Shown here one piece after another: positions 61,056 to 64,000 of a stretch of 64,000 nt of DNA. Position 1 is the stretch's first letter, and each line of letters begins with the position of its first letter. The notes beneath the pieces were generated by a model, which was not told the origin of the DNA, searched no databases, and was given only the letters and a program-made list of their open reading frames with translations. Both the position numbers and the translations under genes were made by a program. The stretch is from an uncultured Oscillospiraceae bacterium (lineage in GTDB: Bacteria; Bacillota; Clostridia; Oscillospirales; Oscillospiraceae): assembly GCA_947589745.1 (NCBI GenBank), contig CANQCS010000001.1:57613-121612 (forward strand). Direction: 5' to 3'.

Positions 61056-61739
61056 TCACTTCTCCGCGGTGGGGACCCCGGCGGGGAACATCTCCGCCCG
61101 GGGCAGCTTCACCCCCACACACCGGTGGATGGGGACGCCCTCGGCGTAGAACCGCTCCTCGTAGTCGGTCATCACCCCCTGGGGGCCCTGGGCGTGGAGG
61201 TCGTCGGTGACCTCCTGCAGCGCATACCCCGCCTTGGGGAATTCCCTGACGGAGAAGGTGAAGAGCGGCGTGTTGTCCGTCTTGAACTCCACCCGGCCTC
61301 CGTCCTTCAGCACCCGGCGGTACAGCTCCAGAAACCCACGGTGGGTCAGGCGGCGCTTAGCGTGGGGATTCCGGGGCCAGGGGTCGCAGAAGTTGATGTA
61401 GAGAAGGTCCACCTCGTCCGCCGCAAAATACTCCGGCAGCAGCAGCGCGTCCCCCTCCATGAAGAAAACGTTCTTCAGTCCCAGCTCCGCCGCCCGCTCC
61501 ATGGCCACCACCAGCGCGTCGGCCACCTTTTCAATGGCGATCAGGAGGCAGTCCGGGTTCTCTCTGGCGGTCTCGGCAGTAAAGCGGCCCTTGCCGCAGC
61601 CTAGCTCCACCCGGACCTCCCGGGCCTCCGGCATCAGCGTCTCCCGCCACTTCCCCCGCAGGGCAACGCCGTCCCGGACCTGGACGGCGGCACATCGCTC
61701 CAGCCGGGGAATCAGATTCTTTTTCTTCCGCATCCGCAT
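61056..61739 (-). CDS. trmB: tRNA (guanine46-N7)-methyltransferase
   Basis: 227 aa. MRMRKKKNLIPRLERC..., SAM motif VELGCGKGRF, and INFCDPWPRNPHAKRRL. Confidence 0.9.
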   Translation of the reverse strand: MRMRKKKNLIPRLERCAAVQVRDGVALRGKWRETLMPEAREVRVELGCGKGRFTAETARENPDCLLIAIEKVADALVVAMERAAELGLKNVFFMEGDALLLPEYFAADEVDLLYINFCDPWPRNPHAKRRLTHRGFLELYRRVLKDGGRVEFKTDNTPLFTFSVREFPKAGYALQEVTDDLHAQGPQGVMTDYEERFYAEGVPIHRCVGVKLPRAEMFPAGVPTAEK

Positions 61740-62055
61740 AGGATCGTCCCTCCCGTTTCATTCGGACCGATTGTAACATGGCGGAGGGAAAAAGGCAAGG
61801 ATATCTTCTGCGGAACGTCTCGGGCATGACGGGACGGCGGCGGAAAAATTTTCTGTCAAAAAAATCGGGCCCCAAGGGAACCCGGGACGGACAGATCGCG
61901 TCTAGTAAAATGCCGGAAGTCCCTGACCCGTGGAAACTGATACCGCATTGATACTTTTTGTTCACGAACTGTTCATAATTAGATAGTATGATATTTTTGT
62001 TCCAGGGGTTTCCGGCGGGACGAGGATTTGGATCAACTGAAAGGAGAAAATTGAA

Positions 62056-64000
62056 ATGAAACAGAAACGGTGGACCCGGCAGTGGCTGTCGGTCCTGATG
62101 GCTCTTGCCATCCTATGCAGCCTGGCCGCGCCGGCAGCAGCGCAGGGAACAGAGGCAAGGTACGATTACTACATTGCCCCCGGTGAAACGATCACGGTCA
62201 GTCTGGATACCCAGTATTACCAATCCGTCGAATGGGTGAGCTCAAGCAATCATATCAGTGTGTCCGGAAATAACACCATTGCCTCCGTCACGGCCCTTGC
62301 TACCGCCACGCCCGGCGAGGTGGCAACGGTCACGGCCTACAGTCAGTATAGCGGCTTCCTCCAGCAGGGAGGGATCATCAAGCAGTTCACCATCTGCGTG
62401 GTTTCTGACAAGGGCACTTACTCGAAACTGTCCAAGTCCAGCCTGGAGATGAACATTCGTGCCACGCAGTACCTTGAGGTCGTTCCCCAGTCGGACAATG
62501 ATATCATCACGAAGGTTACCTGGACGAGCAGCGCGGAAGATGTTGTCAGTGTGATCCCCGACCGTACCTCCGCCACCCTTACCGCTTTGAGTGCCGGTAC
62601 GGCGCGGGTGGACGCGATCGTGCTTATGCGCAGCGGGATGGTTGACCGCCTCAGTTGCCTCGTGACGGTCAGCCAGTCGGTATCCACGACAAATTACGGC
62701 GCCTCGATTTTCCCCAGTACCGTGACGCTGAACAGCACGAATGGATACGGTGCAACCGTCCAGTTCTCCCCGGATCCCGCCCTTCAAAACCAAGGGTACT
62801 ATTTTGGCGAGATTGAATGGAAGAACGATAATAATAACCTTGTAACGGTAACAAAGGATCCCTATCAGCCGTTTTTTGCCTATATTTCGGGAAGTCCGAC
62901 CAAGTTTGGCACAGTTACCATCCGGGCCGAATACACGTATTATTATGACGCAGAAAAGCAGCGGCCTGCCGATACTGCGGTGGCCTACTGCACCGTAACG
63001 GTGGGCAACAGGATCAGCGTGGAAGCGACCGCCACCATGGGGGAGAACCTGTATCTGAGTGATGCGTATACCTTTGACCGCAGCTCGGTCGCCAATCAGA
63101 TCAACAGCGCTATGCAGCAGTACGTAGATGAAAACGGCTCCCGCGACAGCCTCCTCTATGTGGAATTCAAGAACGTGATTTCTACCGCAGGATCTCTTTA
63201 TGCACGGCAGGGAGTGCAGTATTACAATGATTCTTTCTCCGTACAAAGCAATCAGCAGCTGTCTGCCGTGTATTTCACACCCACTGCCACCGGGACTGCC
63301 GAATTTGAGTTTACAGCCACCGGTATCAATAGAACCTCCTACGCGGGTGTGCTCTCTATCACAGTATTGGAAAAGCCCTCGCCCGATATCCTGTACACCC
63401 CGGCCCGGGGACAAAGCCAGACGCTGGACGTCAAGGATTTCAACAATTTCTGGCACAAGACCCACCCCAACGGTGACCTCTCCTATGTGAGCTTCGGCAG
63501 CGCGATCAGCGGTGCCAATGTGGGCAGCCTGTACTACAGCAATACCGCCATCACCGGCAGCAATGCCGATCTGACCTTCTCCGCGTCGTCCATCGGGACG
63601 GGCTACCACATCAGCGATGTGTCCTTTATCCCGACCCGTTCCAGCAGCGGCTACGCCACCGGCACACTGGTGATCCCCTTCACCGCTACCGGTACCGCGA
63701 ACACAGGCGCGACTCCCGTGACCCAGCGGGGCTACCTGTATATCACAGTCCCCTCCGGCACCGTGTCCGCCATCCGCTATTCCGCCACCACGACGGCCCT
63801 GGTTTCCAGCGACTTCACCACGGTGTACCGCTCGGCGGTCGGCGCCTCCTCGGCGAACGCCAATATGTACATCCAGTTCCTGGACCTGCCGTCCAGCGGC
63901 GCGCTGTATCTCAACTACAGCGGGACCGCCTCCACCCGCGTCCTGCTGACCGCCAACAACGTGGGGTCCTATCAGTTCTACAACACGGCCCGCACCACCA
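62056..64000 (+). CDS. large secreted/cell-surface protein with Ig-like (Big_2-type) repeats, 3' end beyond the window
   Basis: My own translation from ATG 62056 (AAGGAG at 62041) gives the signal peptide MKQKRWTRQWLSVLMALAILCSLAAPAAAQG, then repeats such as VTWTSSAEDVVSVIPDRTSATLTALSAGTARVDAIV. The frame is open to the window end. Not in the ORF track because it has no stop in the window. Confidence 0.7.
   Translation, partial: MKQKRWTRQWLSVLMALAILCSLAAPAAAQGTEARYDYYIAPGETITVSLDTQYYQSVEWVSSSNHISVSGNNTIASVTALATATPGEVATVTAYSQYSGFLQQGGIIKQFTICVVSDKGTYSKLSKSSLEMNIRATQYLEVVPQSDNDIITKVTWTSSAEDVVSVIPDRTSATLTALSAGTARVDAIVLMRSGMVDRLSCLVTVSQSVSTTNYGASIFPSTVTLNSTNGYGATVQFSPDPALQNQGYYFGEIEWKNDNNNLVTVTKDPYQPFFAYISGSPTKFGTVTIRAEYTYYYDAEKQRPADTAVAYCTVTVGNRISVEATATMGENLYLSDAYTFDRSSVANQINSAMQQYVDENGSRDSLLYVEFKNVISTAGSLYARQGVQYYNDSFSVQSNQQLSAVYFTPTATGTAEFEFTATGINRTSYAGVLSITVLEKPSPDILYTPARGQSQTLDVKDFNNFWHKTHPNGDLSYVSFGSAISGANVGSLYYSNTAITGSNADLTFSASSIGTGYHISDVSFIPTRSSSGYATGTLVIPFTATGTANTGATPVTQRGYLYITVPSGTVSAIRYSATTTALVSSDFTTVYRSAVGASSANANMYIQFLDLPSSGALYLNYSGTASTRVLLTANNVGSYQFYNTARTT

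Overview
High-GC Firmicutes/Clostridia-type chromosome segment. The assignment is an inference from SpoVT, a T-box leader, PFOR, AGGAGG ribosome-binding sites and very GC-rich third codon positions, and it looks Oscillospiraceae-like. The window is mostly housekeeping and metabolic genes. I call about 45 protein genes.

Gene content by coordinate:
- 1-13.7 kb: an edge-truncated tyrosine integrase, then a purine/selenium-dependent molybdenum-hydroxylase neighbourhood (yqeB, yqeC, DUF2284, amidohydrolase, glnA, an XdhD-like fused hydroxylase, xdhABC).
- 14.5-21.5 kb: a membrane-anchored XRE regulator, an EFR1-type ferredoxin, a nucleotidyltransferase, spoVT, a ferredoxin and clpC.
- 22-24.8 kb: two hypothetical envelope proteins.
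- 24.8-26.3 kb: a low-GC three-gene islet (CD3324-like / DUF1062-like / DUF2441-like).
- 26.3-38.3 kb: a tyrosine T-box leader, an EamA permease, tyrS, pgi, an ECF sigma/anti-sigma pair, a ComM/YifB ATPase and PFOR.
- 38.7-45.1 kb: a BAAT-type hydrolase, an HMA protein, an acyl-ACP thioesterase, an SSS transporter and an esterase/ATP-grasp pair.
- 45.4-54.2 kb: a 39-aa N/Q/S-rich ORF, an AzgA-type purine permease, a TetR-DegV-(ADH-ALDH fusion) unit and a permuted GH3.
- 54.2-64 kb: decayed mobile-element remnants, blaI-blaR1-like genes, infC-rpmI-rplT, trmB and a large secreted Ig-like-repeat protein that runs off the window.

The most unusual signal is not a protein system. It is a roughly 610-670 bp noncoding element present three times (13754-14424, 21497-22165, 27512-28122 inverted). 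Its ends are built from hairpin modules, it has a conserved long internal stem, and I do not recognise it as any named family. One copy sits between a Tyr T-box-controlled permease gene and tyrS.

Many long ORFs in the supplied track are antisense shadow ORFs caused by the GC bias and were discarded. All family assignments are from reading the translations and from memory; no searches were run.
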